Of a stretch of 24,178 nucleotides of DNA, positions 1 to 9,202 are shown in pieces (positions within the stretch are counted from its first letter, which is position 1; each line of letters opens with the position of its first letter). The translations under genes and the position numbers were made by a program. The stretch is from IMG/VR virus record IMGVR_UViG_3300008266_000453, positions 1-24,178 of that record; one strand, 5' to 3'. The DNA comes from a virus. Lineage: Duplodnaviria; Caudoviricetes. The notes beneath the pieces are model-generated. The model did not search any database. It worked only from the letters and a program-made list of their open reading frames with translations, and had not been told where the DNA came from.

Positions 1-167
1 CCAGCCTGAACGATCAGCAAGGAATCGCTGGTTGTACACGAAGACGCAGCAACCTGGGACGTGATTGCCCCAGGAACCAAAACAGCATTGTTGACGTGCG
101 CATTCAGGTTAACCGCGGTCACCTGCCCACCATCAACGTATGTTACGCCAGCTTGTATCTGTGCCAT
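1..167 (-). CDS. Partial virion/tail protein (N-terminus only; runs off the window edge)
   Basis: ATG at 167 lies 1 nt after the stop of the 730-aa gene. The frame is open to the edge and reads MAQIQAGVTYVDGGQVTAVNLNAHVNNAVLVPGAITSQ... Not in the ORF track. Tail module context. Confidence 0.65.
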   Translation of the reverse strand, partial: MAQIQAGVTYVDGGQVTAVNLNAHVNNAVLVPGAITSQVAASSCTTSDSLLIVQA

Positions 168-168
168 A

Positions 169-2361
169 TTATTCTTCTGTGATCATTGCCCTGTTCGAGT
201 TGATAGCATACACACTGGTGCTTTTCAACGCCGGTCTTCCCAAGTTAAAAACAACCTCTGTCTCAATTGCGACTCCTCTCATTGCAATTCTTGGGCGAAT
301 AGTCCCATCAATTTGAGCCGATCCAGTAAAGACATAGCGCAGGATCTCTTCAGACGAGTCAGGATCGTGAACAGTTACAAAGATTGAGACATCGTCTCCG
401 GTAGTGTTGCTGAAGTTAAACTCAGCCCTACTGAAGCGCTTTGTAAGCTGGCTGCCAAACGTGTACTCCCTTGAGCGGATACGGGCATCAATTGGGGTCA
501 CGATGTAAGAAATATCCGTGAGCGTTGCCGGCAAGTTAAATGGAAGCAGCGGAGATCCGGTTGTGCCAAGGAACTCATCTCCTCCCTCTAGCTCTTCAGC
601 AAGGAAGATGCCTCCGTAAGCTCCGGCCAAGAACGTGGTTGGTTGCCCTGGCTGGAATGGGCCAACAAGCGGAGACTGCACAGGCTTTCCAACGTTTGCA
701 ATAATGAACAACCGGCGCTTGTTGTTGTAGAAGGCGGGGACAAACTTGTCGATGTACATCCCCTCAGGATAGGTGTCTATGCTCTCCCAGGCCTTGTTGA
801 GCGTGTTGTACACCAAAATGGAGTTGTTCTTGATTCCTCCATTAACCGGAAACGCAATAAAGAACCGGTTGTCAAAGTAGATTGCTGTTACCTTTTTGGC
901 GTAGTCAAAGTTGACAGTGTCAAAGTAGTCATCAATAGGTTCACTGAGCGGCATTGTGTTCCCGACCAGTTTAAGGTCAAGCTGCGGAGTCAACATGTGG
1001 ACTCCCTTGCCACTGAAGAAAAAGACAAACTGACCAGCCGGCACGATGCTGTGCCGCGCTAGGCATCCTACTTCTGTGGTAACTACAGTTACTTGGCTTT
1101 GATCTGGAGTTGTCTCATCAAACCTAGGATCAACGTAAGCAACGTAAATTGACTTGGACATGAATACCAAAAATTGGTTTTCAATCCATGGTAGCACTCC
1201 AACGATGCTATCGTTGCCACCTTGATTAATCACAAACGTATTAAGCGGATCGTAATTGTCGCTTAAAATATCGGTTGCAATTATCTCAGTGTTTTTTGTT
1301 TTTACGATTATCCTGTTTTGAAAATACAGGCCAAACTCTCCAGGAGGAAGTGGATAAGTTACGTTGTCTGCGTTGATTCCTGTCTGATCAACAAACGTAA
1401 GTGCGTTTGATACGCCATCCCACAACAGTGGCGGATTTGCCTGCTGCACTTCAAACCCAGTAATGTTTGTGTGGGCTTGAATTGTAGACCCAGTATTATT
1501 GGTAAAAGAAAACGTAAATTGATTTGGGCTTATGATTGAAGCCACAACTACGTTTCTGTGAAAATAATCGTGAGAGTACGGAGCTACTACATCAATTATG
1601 TTTACCTCTGATCCAACCCTAAACCCATTTGGATTAATGGTAGTAACAGTAACAGAAATTGTCTGTCCGGCACTAACTGATGGATTGGTTATTGTTGCTG
1701 AAACAGTGCTGCCAGCAACTCCCCTAAAAATGTAAAGATTGTTGAGTGCCTGTACTATTTCAGGCTGAAAAGAAAACGAAGAAATCAAAAGCGATACTGT
1801 GCCACTTCTGGGTGCGGCACTTTCGTATTCATAAGATATGACAGTCCCGTTTAGCGCGGAAATCGTGTACTCTTGATATTGGAACGTTGGGCTAGTTGTT
1901 CCGTATCCAACCTTGATTTTATCTCCAACGTTTAAGCCGATTGTAGTCTGAACAGAAATGTTGCCAGTGTAAAATCCTGGAGTTGGCGTAGAGGTGTATG
2001 AGGCTTGCTGGGAAGAAAGCTCGCCAACAGTGAGGTAGCGCCCAGTCGGAAACGTGTACTTTTGCGAGAATGTTTTCTTCTGAGTGTTGTACAGCACCAT
2101 TCCATCGCTAAACAGAAGGACGATGTTATCCTGTCCGTTCTTGTCGATGTAGTAGCCGGATCCACTCTGCATCAGTACGTTGTACTCGTCAGAGGTGAGT
2201 CGCTCGCAGCCTTTTCTGGGCTGTGCCGATCCGCGTTGCAGCCTCATGTTCTTTGAGGACTGCGAGTAGCCTGGGCTTAGATTTGAAGGATCAAGGCGCG
2301 AAGAAAAGCCGATAAAGTTGTTATCGGACTCAACTGCAATCTGGCTTTCTTCCTGTGCCAT
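169..2361 (-). CDS. Tail tubular protein B / DNA-stabilisation (nozzle) protein, P22 gp10 / T7 gp12-like
   Basis: 730 aa, beta-rich with propeller-like segments (GCLARHSIV..GQFVFFFSGKGVHML, YFDNRFFIAFP, LVYNTLNKAW). Position in a podovirus-type tail module. Inferred from pattern and synteny. Confidence 0.6.
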   Translation of the reverse strand: MAQEESQIAVESDNNFIGFSSRLDPSNLSPGYSQSSKNMRLQRGSAQPRKGCERLTSDEYNVLMQSGSGYYIDKNGQDNIVLLFSDGMVLYNTQKKTFSQKYTFPTGRYLTVGELSSQQASYTSTPTPGFYTGNISVQTTIGLNVGDKIKVGYGTTSPTFQYQEYTISALNGTVISYEYESAAPRSGTVSLLISSFSFQPEIVQALNNLYIFRGVAGSTVSATITNPSVSAGQTISVTVTTINPNGFRVGSEVNIIDVVAPYSHDYFHRNVVVASIISPNQFTFSFTNNTGSTIQAHTNITGFEVQQANPPLLWDGVSNALTFVDQTGINADNVTYPLPPGEFGLYFQNRIIVKTKNTEIIATDILSDNYDPLNTFVINQGGNDSIVGVLPWIENQFLVFMSKSIYVAYVDPRFDETTPDQSQVTVVTTEVGCLARHSIVPAGQFVFFFSGKGVHMLTPQLDLKLVGNTMPLSEPIDDYFDTVNFDYAKKVTAIYFDNRFFIAFPVNGGIKNNSILVYNTLNKAWESIDTYPEGMYIDKFVPAFYNNKRRLFIIANVGKPVQSPLVGPFQPGQPTTFLAGAYGGIFLAEELEGGDEFLGTTGSPLLPFNLPATLTDISYIVTPIDARIRSREYTFGSQLTKRFSRAEFNFSNTTGDDVSIFVTVHDPDSSEEILRYVFTGSAQIDGTIRPRIAMRGVAIETEVVFNLGRPALKSTSVYAINSNRAMITEE

Positions 2362-2594
2362 TAGTCCTTTGAGATCAGCCTACCAAGCTTTTCCACAACA
2401 CGCTGGAGGTCATCACGGATGTCCATGATTGCCTGCACGTCCATTTCCCCGCCTTCGTCCTCACCTTCTTCTTCCTCTCCGTAGCCACACTCAGGACAGG
2501 TGCCGTTCGACTTCATGTCGCAGCCACAGTCTGGGCAGTATTCTTTTCCAGTTCCTCCCAAAAGGGATCCCAGTGCGATAGTGAGCTTGCTCAT
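2361..2594 (-). CDS. Small Zn-ribbon protein with acidic tract and C-terminal helix
   Basis: CPDCG...CPECG followed by EEEEGEDEGGE. Start and stop overlap both neighbours (translational coupling). Confidence 0.7.
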   Translation of the reverse strand: MSKLTIALGSLLGGTGKEYCPDCGCDMKSNGTCPECGYGEEEEGEDEGGEMDVQAIMDIRDDLQRVVEKLGRLISKD

Positions 2595-3133
2595 GCGATG
2601 TAGTTTTTAAGCTTTTCCAAACGATTGCTCCAGCCATTACTGAACGAAAGTTGCGTGGAATCCAGCTTTGCCAGCAGCTTGTAGAAGTCAATTCGCTGCT
2701 GCATGATGGAGGCGCAGATGGCATCGACACCGATGTCGTTTATTTTGTCCTCCAAAGCCATGATTGTCTTTGGCCCGATCACACCATCGTCACCGGCACC
2801 CACAGCCCTCTGAAGGAACTTTGATGCCTGGCCCACACCAGTGTTAACGCAGCCATCAAAATGAACAGCATAGAGCGGCCAGGGCATCTTGTAGCACCTG
2901 CCAGGTACCCAATAGTCGTTGTAATATATGTCCTCTAGCTCCTCGTCACTGATCTCCTTTACGCAGCGCCGGCTCTCCTGCCGGTTGTCGCGGTACTTGT
3001 CGTACTCACGCTGGAGAATGCCGCGGTTTGTCTTTCCACCCTTGTCGTGTGGGTGGTTGAAGTATCCGCCTTCTACATCGAGCACGAACTTGAGTGCCCG
3101 CTCAAAGTTAGGATTTGCTGGAACGGTGCTCAT
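2591..3133 (-). CDS. Endolysin, glycoside hydrolase family 108 with C-terminal peptidoglycan-binding domain
   Basis: GH108 signature EGGYFNHPHDKGGKTNRGI, plus FDGCVNTG, LQRAVG..DGVIGPKT and F..GW.NRL. Start reassigned to the ATG at 3133 (MSTVPANPNF). Confidence 0.9.
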   Translation of the reverse strand: MSTVPANPNFERALKFVLDVEGGYFNHPHDKGGKTNRGILQREYDKYRDNRQESRRCVKEISDEELEDIYYNDYWVPGRCYKMPWPLYAVHFDGCVNTGVGQASKFLQRAVGAGDDGVIGPKTIMALEDKINDIGVDAICASIMQQRIDFYKLLAKLDSTQLSFSNGWSNRLEKLKNYIA

Positions 3134-3284
3134 TGCGAATGACGTCCACCAAGCCAAAAATGCTGACAACAGCACTTGCGACAGCATTACCAATTCCGAT
3201 GGAATAGATGCCAGCAGCGGCTCCAATTTTAGCAAGGCCAAGCCATGTTGAAGGTTGCCGGAGATAGTTTTTAAGTAGGTTCAT
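3108..3284 (-). CDS. Putative holin (58 aa, hydrophobic)
   Basis: Hand-translated MNLLKNYLRQPSTWLGLAKIGAAAGIYSIGIGNAVASAVVSIFGLVDVIRNEHRSSKS. LRxPSTWxGL start, hydrophobic core, charged tail. Directly upstream of the endolysin, with ATGA overlap with the previous gene. Confidence 0.7.
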   Translation of the reverse strand: MNLLKNYLRQPSTWLGLAKIGAAAGIYSIGIGNAVASAVVSIFGLVDVIRNEHRSSKS

Positions 3285-3445
3285 TTTTGTTCCGTGTGCT
3301 CAAACAATCGCTCCCAAAGCGCTTTACGATCAGCCTCACACTCCTTGATCTTGCCGTACAAGTAGTAGACGGCAACGATGGTGAATGCCATGGACAAACC
3401 CTGGCCTGCCACCTGATCCAGAATGTGGTTGATGAATCGTTCCAT
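3281..3445 (-). CDS. Single-TM small membrane protein (holin/antiholin-like, 54 aa)
   Basis: Hand-translated MERFINHILDQVAGQGLSMAFTIVAVYYLYGKIKECEADRKALWERLFEHTEQK. One TM followed by a charged helix. Starts 4 nt after the previous stop. Confidence 0.65.
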   Translation of the reverse strand: MERFINHILDQVAGQGLSMAFTIVAVYYLYGKIKECEADRKALWERLFEHTEQK

Positions 3446-3449
3446 AAAA

Positions 3450-3710
3450 TCAGCACTTCCAGCGTCTCATGCTTGCCTTGGCTCGCTCTGCCGGCCCCTT
3501 GGCCTTAGCCACAACGCCAGCCATGCGAGCGCAGAAGGACTTCTTGCGACCCTTGTCTGTGTCTGTCTTTGGATTAGGAGCAGGAGCCTTGAGATTGCTG
3601 CCAGTAGCAGCGTTGTACTTGGCTCGTCCCTTGGCGGTCAGCCCTGCTCCTTTAGAGACAGGCAGCTTCTCGCCTTTGGACACAGAGAGGTTGACCTGCT
3701 TTTTAGCCAT
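3450..3710 (-). CDS. Conserved basic phage protein (DUF6321-like)
   Basis: GLTAKGRAKYN..TGSNLKAP...RKKSFCARM...RRWKC pattern typical of a widespread small phage family. Start reassigned to ATG at 3710 (MAKKQV). Confidence 0.7.
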   Translation of the reverse strand: MAKKQVNLSVSKGEKLPVSKGAGLTAKGRAKYNAATGSNLKAPAPNPKTDTDKGRKKSFCARMAGVVAKAKGPAERAKASMRRWKC

Positions 3711-3891
3711 TGGACTCTTCAGGAGGAGGAATGAATGAGCCGTCAGGTTGCTGAATCCAGCCGGGACCACAAGGAATGCCATCGACATTCACAAGAGTGG
3801 TTCCAGCGGGAGGAGTGAAAGGTGTTACCCCGTCCCAGACAATGACGTTTTGCACCACCTTGGTGGCATCATCAACAATAGCGTATCTCAT
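3703..3891 (-). CDS. Small tail-fibre-associated protein
   Basis: 62 aa, MRYAIVD...VQNVIVWDG...GPGW...DGSFIPP. This type of protein commonly follows Gly-rich fibre genes. Tight spacing. Confidence 0.65.
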   Translation of the reverse strand: MRYAIVDDATKVVQNVIVWDGVTPFTPPAGTTLVNVDGIPCGPGWIQQPDGSFIPPPEESNG

Positions 3892-3893
3892 GC

Positions 3894-5201
3894 TTAGAAG
3901 TAGGTTACAACAACAACAATGCCGTCTGCTCCATTCCCGCCAGCGCCAGAGTTTCCAACACCATCAAGCCCGCCACCGCCACCACCTCCACCGCCTCCGT
4001 AAAGTCCTCCATTTCCCCCGTTGCCTGCGTTTCCGGCAACGCTAGAGCCTCCACCTGCGCCTGCGCTGCCACTAGCAGCAAAGCCTACTGTGACACTTGG
4101 AGCAGATCCACCATTGCCCCCAATTGCTCCCCCTGATGCAGTGCCGCCAGTAAACCAAGTTCCAAGCTGCGTTCCTCCCGAGCTGCCAATAAATCCAACC
4201 GTTGCAGAAATTGGAAGCCCTCCACCTGCGCCTCCACCTGCGCCTCCAACAGTTGTATTTGATCCACTAGAAAGGGCTCCTGCGCCGCCCGAGCCAGCTG
4301 ATCCGTTAGCCCCCTGAAACATGGCGCGGGCACTTGAAGAAGCCCCAGCAGGTCCACTTGCGGTTGTTGCAGTCCCAGCACCTCCGCCACCTGTCACTTG
4401 TATCCACGTTCCAAAAGAAGAGTTTCCTCCATTTACCCCAACATTTCCGTTTGTGCTATTAATCGTAACGGAAGCACCTCCAGTTCCACCACTTCCAACA
4501 GTAACAGTTTCAGTTGCCCCCAGTAATGCAGCGGCAATGTTGCGAAAAGAATACGACCCGCCACCGCCACCGCCACCGCCTGATGCCTGAGATCCAACGC
4601 CCGCTTTGCGACCAGAGCCGCCACCGCCACCGGCTGAGATCACAACAACGTCAACAGCCACCGCCCCAGCGGGCTTTGTCCAAGTGCCACTCGTAGTGAA
4701 CGTCTGTACGTTTGTCTGATTTGTCTCAGCAATCGTAATTGCACCAGCAGCGTTGGTGATCGTGATCCCAGTTCCAGCAGTCAAGGCAGCCTTGGTCAGC
4801 GTGTTACCAGTGCTGTTGCCAATGAGAAGCTGCCCATCTGTGTAGGTTGTCTGCCCCGTGCCACCCTTGTTCACGGCCACCGTATTCAGTGTTGGGTTTG
4901 GATACGTTCCGCTGAGATCCCCGCCCGCGGCTCCAGTTGGAACACGGGCATCAGACAGTCGGCTGTCATTGCCTTGAGCGGCCGTGTTAGCTGAAGATCC
5001 GTAGACAACAGCAATAGAGCCGGAGGTGGTAATCGTGCTGCCAGACAAGCCCGTGCCGGCAGTGATGCTGGTAACAGTGCCAGGATTCTTTACAAGGCTG
5101 CGCGCCACCCGTTTAGTAACGCCACCCTGGTTGATCACCAAAATGTCTGCATCGGCAACACTGGTGGCCGGCGGAAGTTGAGAGATTTTAACGTCAGCCA
5201 T
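3894..5201 (-). CDS. Glycine-rich tail fibre / receptor-binding protein
   Basis: 435 aa. Fibre N-terminus KISQLP...INQGGVTKRV. C-terminal Gly-rich domain from FTTSGTWTKPAG..V.V..GGGGG to GGNGADGIVVV. Confidence 0.8.
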   Translation of the reverse strand: MADVKISQLPPATSVADADILVINQGGVTKRVARSLVKNPGTVTSITAGTGLSGSTITTSGSIAVVYGSSANTAAQGNDSRLSDARVPTGAAGGDLSGTYPNPTLNTVAVNKGGTGQTTYTDGQLLIGNSTGNTLTKAALTAGTGITITNAAGAITIAETNQTNVQTFTTSGTWTKPAGAVAVDVVVISAGGGGGSGRKAGVGSQASGGGGGGGGSYSFRNIAAALLGATETVTVGSGGTGGASVTINSTNGNVGVNGGNSSFGTWIQVTGGGGAGTATTASGPAGASSSARAMFQGANGSAGSGGAGALSSGSNTTVGGAGGGAGGGLPISATVGFIGSSGGTQLGTWFTGGTASGGAIGGNGGSAPSVTVGFAASGSAGAGGGSSVAGNAGNGGNGGLYGGGGGGGGGGLDGVGNSGAGGNGADGIVVVVTYF

Positions 5202-5204
5202 AAA

Positions 5205-7475
5205 TTACTGGTAAATCGGAATAAAGGTTGGAGTAGACACTCCTGGTATAATTATTTGAATCCAGCCAGCATTACTACTTGCGTTGCTTGGAGAGCCAGA
5301 GTAGGCGGAAACGTTTAAAACATCCGTAGGAGTCCAATTTGTTCCATTAAAAACAAGCCCCTGCGTAGCTGCTGGAGCAGTTGCAGACACCGCAGTAGAT
5401 TGCAGTGATGTTGCATTTCCATTGCTTGGGTTAGCAACAGGAGTCCATCTGCCAACGGAATCTTCACCTACTACAAGTGACAGGAACTGGCCAGCGCTTG
5501 GAGTAGCTCCAGAAATTGGAGTGGACTGTAGCTGGGTGGCGTTTGTCGAAGCGTCTGCTGGAGTCCAGCGATTAATGGAGTCTTCGCCTGTTACAAACTT
5601 TAAAATTTGCCCAACGCTTGGAGCGGTTGCAGAAATGGGATCCCCCTGCAATTCAACAGCGTTTGCCCCGCTGGGCCTCCATGCATATCCGGATGAAGGA
5701 TTTATCGGATCTTTAAGCCCCCAAGTAAGCACCTGAGACTCTGCCGGAGTAATCCCAGATAGAATTTCAGTGCCTTGAAGTTTGCCTGCATCCGCTAGGC
5801 TTGGAGCATAATTAGCTCCATCGTAAACCAAGCTCTGCCCAGTGGTTGGAGCCGTTGTGGTTACTTCAGTTCCCCGTATAGATGTTGCGTCTGCCCCTGC
5901 TCCTCCAGCAGTTGGCTTCCACTGCTGCAAAGAGTCATCCCAAACAAGTGCATCTCCGTCACTTGGAATGTTTGAGCTTACATCGTAGCCCTGAAGCTGA
6001 AATGCGTTTGCTACAATTGGACTCCAAAATGAGTTTGAAATATTGGGCTGGCTATCTGTGTTTTGAATAACGCAAACCCAAGCCGGATCTGAGCTTGAGG
6101 TGGTTACAATCTGCCCAGGCTCGTAAGTGGTAGTAGAGTTCCAAATTGTGGAAGTTCCGCCTCCAGAAACCACAGAGGGCTGCCATTCTGAGCCGCTCCA
6201 AACCAAGGCATTCCCAGTGTCAGGAGCATTCCCCGAAACAGGCCGGCCTTGAATGGCAGTTGCGTTTGCGCTGCCACCAGAGCTTGGAATCAATCTTCCA
6301 ATGCCATCAAACGCCAATACTTGGCCGGCAGTTGCCCCCACAAGATCAATTGGCAAATTTAAACCTGGCCTAATTCTCCAAGAGTTAAATGAGACTTCAC
6401 CAGTTGGAAAACAGGAGGTAACATTAACCTGTACAGAAGATGCTGACGAACCAACAACAAATCCAGACATCCACCTCTGCCCGTTTGTTGCTGTTATTGT
6501 AACAGGTTGAGTAGAAAAGTATGGATTGACTCCTGTGTTGTTTGAAAACGCAAAAGTCTTTAATCCGTATCCAACCGCAACATTTGTGCTGGATTCCTTT
6601 TCCACTGGAAGCACGATAGTCGATTCACTTGCAGATCCAATCCGCCCTTTTGCATCAACTGTGATTGATCCAACTTTGCCAGTGGATCCATAGCCGTAAG
6701 TTCCAGCAGCAACTCCAGAGGCAGACAACTGCGCAGACACGGCCCCAGGTCCAGTGGCAATAACATCACCTGTCAAAGAGGTGATTGCAGTTTGGGGATT
6801 TGCAATTGCCGTCAAGCTTGTCACACGGCCTTTGGCATCAACACTGATCTGGGGAATCTGATTGATTCCACCAACATTTGTCTGAGCAGAGGTAATTGAA
6901 ACAAGCGAAGCGGTGATTGTCTCAGCCCCAGATCCAACAACGTCACCGGTAATGCTGGTGACTGCTTTTGGATGCGAATGATCTGCTCGCGCAAAATCTG
7001 TGCTGGTTCCGATAACCGGAGAGTTGGAATCTGGAGATGGGTTCAGCGTACTTGCTTCTGGAATGGTGCCAAACCTAGCGTCATTTCCTTGAGCGGCTGT
7101 GCCTGCTGTTGTTCCATACACAACAGCCAAAGATCCCGTTGATGTGATTGGGCCACCAGAAAGGCCGGTTCCAGCCGTCACGCTTGTGACTGTGCCCATG
7201 GTATTCGGGGCGGTGGTTAACCCAGTGACGCGACCCTTGGCATCGACAGAAATGACAGGAATGTCGGTCACGCTGCCAATGGACGCTTGCGCAGTTGTGA
7301 CGGCAGCCAGCGTTGGGTTTGGATACGAGCCTGCCAGGTCACCTCCAGCAGTGCCAAAAGGCCGGCGGATGATTGAGCCAAGAACCTGCTTAGTGGTTCC
7401 TCCCTGTACGATTGGAACAATCTCTGTTCCGTCTACAGCGGATGCTACTGGAAGTTGAGTGATTCTGTCGCCCAT
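5205..7475 (-). CDS. Long repetitive tail fibre protein
   Basis: 756 aa, Ser/Thr/Gly-rich. Three (S/T)VDAKGR repeats and seven NATxLQ...GQxLxW...WxP repeats. N-terminus resembles the adjacent fibre. Confidence 0.8.
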   Translation of the reverse strand: MGDRITQLPVASAVDGTEIVPIVQGGTTKQVLGSIIRRPFGTAGGDLAGSYPNPTLAAVTTAQASIGSVTDIPVISVDAKGRVTGLTTAPNTMGTVTSVTAGTGLSGGPITSTGSLAVVYGTTAGTAAQGNDARFGTIPEASTLNPSPDSNSPVIGTSTDFARADHSHPKAVTSITGDVVGSGAETITASLVSITSAQTNVGGINQIPQISVDAKGRVTSLTAIANPQTAITSLTGDVIATGPGAVSAQLSASGVAAGTYGYGSTGKVGSITVDAKGRIGSASESTIVLPVEKESSTNVAVGYGLKTFAFSNNTGVNPYFSTQPVTITATNGQRWMSGFVVGSSASSVQVNVTSCFPTGEVSFNSWRIRPGLNLPIDLVGATAGQVLAFDGIGRLIPSSGGSANATAIQGRPVSGNAPDTGNALVWSGSEWQPSVVSGGGTSTIWNSTTTYEPGQIVTTSSSDPAWVCVIQNTDSQPNISNSFWSPIVANAFQLQGYDVSSNIPSDGDALVWDDSLQQWKPTAGGAGADATSIRGTEVTTTAPTTGQSLVYDGANYAPSLADAGKLQGTEILSGITPAESQVLTWGLKDPINPSSGYAWRPSGANAVELQGDPISATAPSVGQILKFVTGEDSINRWTPADASTNATQLQSTPISGATPSAGQFLSLVVGEDSVGRWTPVANPSNGNATSLQSTAVSATAPAATQGLVFNGTNWTPTDVLNVSAYSGSPSNASSNAGWIQIIIPGVSTPTFIPIYQ

Positions 7476-7476
7476 A

Positions 7477-7683
7477 TTATTCCAAAATCAAGTTTTCTGC
7501 GCTTTCTGTCGTAAGTCTAAAGCCAGCTTCAGTGTTAAGGTAATCCACACCAACGGGCGCAGAGCTAACTGTCTTTCTGAATTTAAAGGTCTGACTGTTA
7601 CCAGAAACCTGAATTCTGGCAAAGTTTTTATTGATTGCCTTTGCCGGATCCTGATTTCTTTTTCGTATGAATCTGGTGATCAT
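7477..7683 (-). CDS. Small virion-associated hypothetical protein
   Basis: 68 aa, tightly packed between structural genes. C-terminal LNTEAGFRLTTESAENLILE motif. Confidence 0.6.
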   Translation of the reverse strand: MITRFIRKRNQDPAKAINKNFARIQVSGNSQTFKFRKTVSSAPVGVDYLNTEAGFRLTTESAENLILE

Positions 7684-7685
7684 GC

Positions 7686-8882
7686 TTAGTAGCTGTAAAC
7701 CATGTTCATTTTACGGACTTGGCCTTGCTGCCTGATCAGCACATCAATCTGTTGCTGAACTGCAAACTCGGCCATTCCTTCAAGTGTATCAGCCTCTGTT
7801 GCCCTGCCTTCTGATCTGAGAAAGTCAGCGGACACAGCATTCACCAGATACCCCTTAAACCGGAATGGGATACTCACAGCCCTCCAGTTAAAGCTGGGAT
7901 TTGACGGCAGCACACCGATAGCCGCATTTGCGTATGCGTTCCAAAAGTTGCCAGATACAGGCAAATTCTTGTTGGGTGGATTGTACGCCGCACTACCCTG
8001 GCTTGTGTCATAGTACACCTGAGCGCCAGCAGGGTAGGCGATTGTTGCATCAAGCCTTGTGCCAAACAAGTATGGTGCTGTGTTTCGGAGCAGGACAAAC
8101 CTTGTCTCAAATCCAGCAAATCTGAGCACAAACAACTCTTGGCTGAGATTCTGAATAGACACAGCCGTGCTGGTGTCTATGTCCGGCATGTTCTCGACAA
8201 TGTACGAGTCATCCCTGCACCTGGATGTCTTCCGCGGATCATCTGTCCAGCAACCAATGGCTTGGCCCGAAACAACTGTGATTGGCTGCCTGTTGCCCAA
8301 AAACTCCAGCGTAGACCCAATAATGTTAGTCCACTCAGGAGTGCCCCATGGAATCTGAATGGTTACAGAAGTGATGTAGGGATTTGTGTTCTCCTCTGCA
8401 ACTGTGTACTCAAATTCATACTGCGAACTAGCAGAGCTAATCCGTGTTCCGTCTTCCTTGGTGATGAAGAACGGATTAATGATGCCGACGAGCGACTCTC
8501 CAATTGTTCCCTTTTGCCAAGCCTGACTGCCAAAGTCTCGCAGGTAAATTCTTGGGTAGTTTGTGTCAAGTGTCAGAACGCAAGACAACGTGTTCTGAGA
8601 ATTCTGAAAAAGCAAAGAGTTCCCATTTTCCTGCAAAAGCTCCACTTCGTTTTCGGTTAAAACAGGAATAGGAGCCGTTGTGACGTTGGTGATCGGAATC
8701 CCAGGCCAAACCTGAACAACCTCTTGGATGTCGGGCCAATCCTCCCGATCCCAAATCATGCTTAGCCTGCGATTAGCAAAATCGCGAATGGCTGCAAAAG
8801 ACTTGTCATTTAGCGTGTTTCTATCAAGGCCAATAAGCTGGCATGACTCTGCTAGAACTGCGCTAAATGGAACTGTCTTCAT
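7686..8882 (-). CDS. Putative head-tail adaptor / tail tubular protein A
   Basis: 398 aa. Helical N-terminus (ANRRLSMIWDREDWP) and helical C-terminus (IPFRFKGYLV..VSADFL...G) flank a beta insert. This architecture and position suit a podovirus adaptor. Confidence 0.55.
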   Translation of the reverse strand: MKTVPFSAVLAESCQLIGLDRNTLNDKSFAAIRDFANRRLSMIWDREDWPDIQEVVQVWPGIPITNVTTAPIPVLTENEVELLQENGNSLLFQNSQNTLSCVLTLDTNYPRIYLRDFGSQAWQKGTIGESLVGIINPFFITKEDGTRISSASSQYEFEYTVAEENTNPYITSVTIQIPWGTPEWTNIIGSTLEFLGNRQPITVVSGQAIGCWTDDPRKTSRCRDDSYIVENMPDIDTSTAVSIQNLSQELFVLRFAGFETRFVLLRNTAPYLFGTRLDATIAYPAGAQVYYDTSQGSAAYNPPNKNLPVSGNFWNAYANAAIGVLPSNPSFNWRAVSIPFRFKGYLVNAVSADFLRSEGRATEADTLEGMAEFAVQQQIDVLIRQQGQVRKMNMVYSY

Positions 8883-9202
8883 TTGCTAGGTGGCACCCAA
8901 CCAACGTGAATCTCTTTTGTGCCGCCACTATTCACCCTGCACTCTGGATTGTCACGCAGAAACTCGTCCATGAATGCCTTGTCGCTCCAGCATCCATATC
9001 CAAGCTTTTGGCCCCAAAAGTGGTAAGCCGTTGCCGGTATCGTTGCAATCTTTTGACCAAGTCCTTCTACAGACTTATGTCTTTCAGCATTGAATCGAGC
9101 ATTGGATTGAGCGGCAGCCTTAGCTTCAACTTGATTGCGTAACCAGCCGCGGCGCAATTCTGTCTCAAGTTCTCCAACGAGGTTTTCTGGAATGCTGATC
9201 AT
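8879..9202 (-). CDS. Hypothetical phage protein (head-completion region)
   Basis: 107 aa with IATIP..YHFW...W.D..F...FLRDNPE. ATGA overlaps on both sides. Confidence 0.75.
   Translation of the reverse strand: MISIPENLVGELETELRRGWLRNQVEAKAAAQSNARFNAERHKSVEGLGQKIATIPATAYHFWGQKLGYGCWSDKAFMDEFLRDNPECRVNSGGTKEIHVGWVPPSK

Noticed and set aside
3134-3241. Hydrophobic N-terminal extension of the endolysin (SAR-like)
   Set aside because: It is the alternate frame of the holin-like gene 3108-3284. The ATG at 3133 gives a normal GH108 start.
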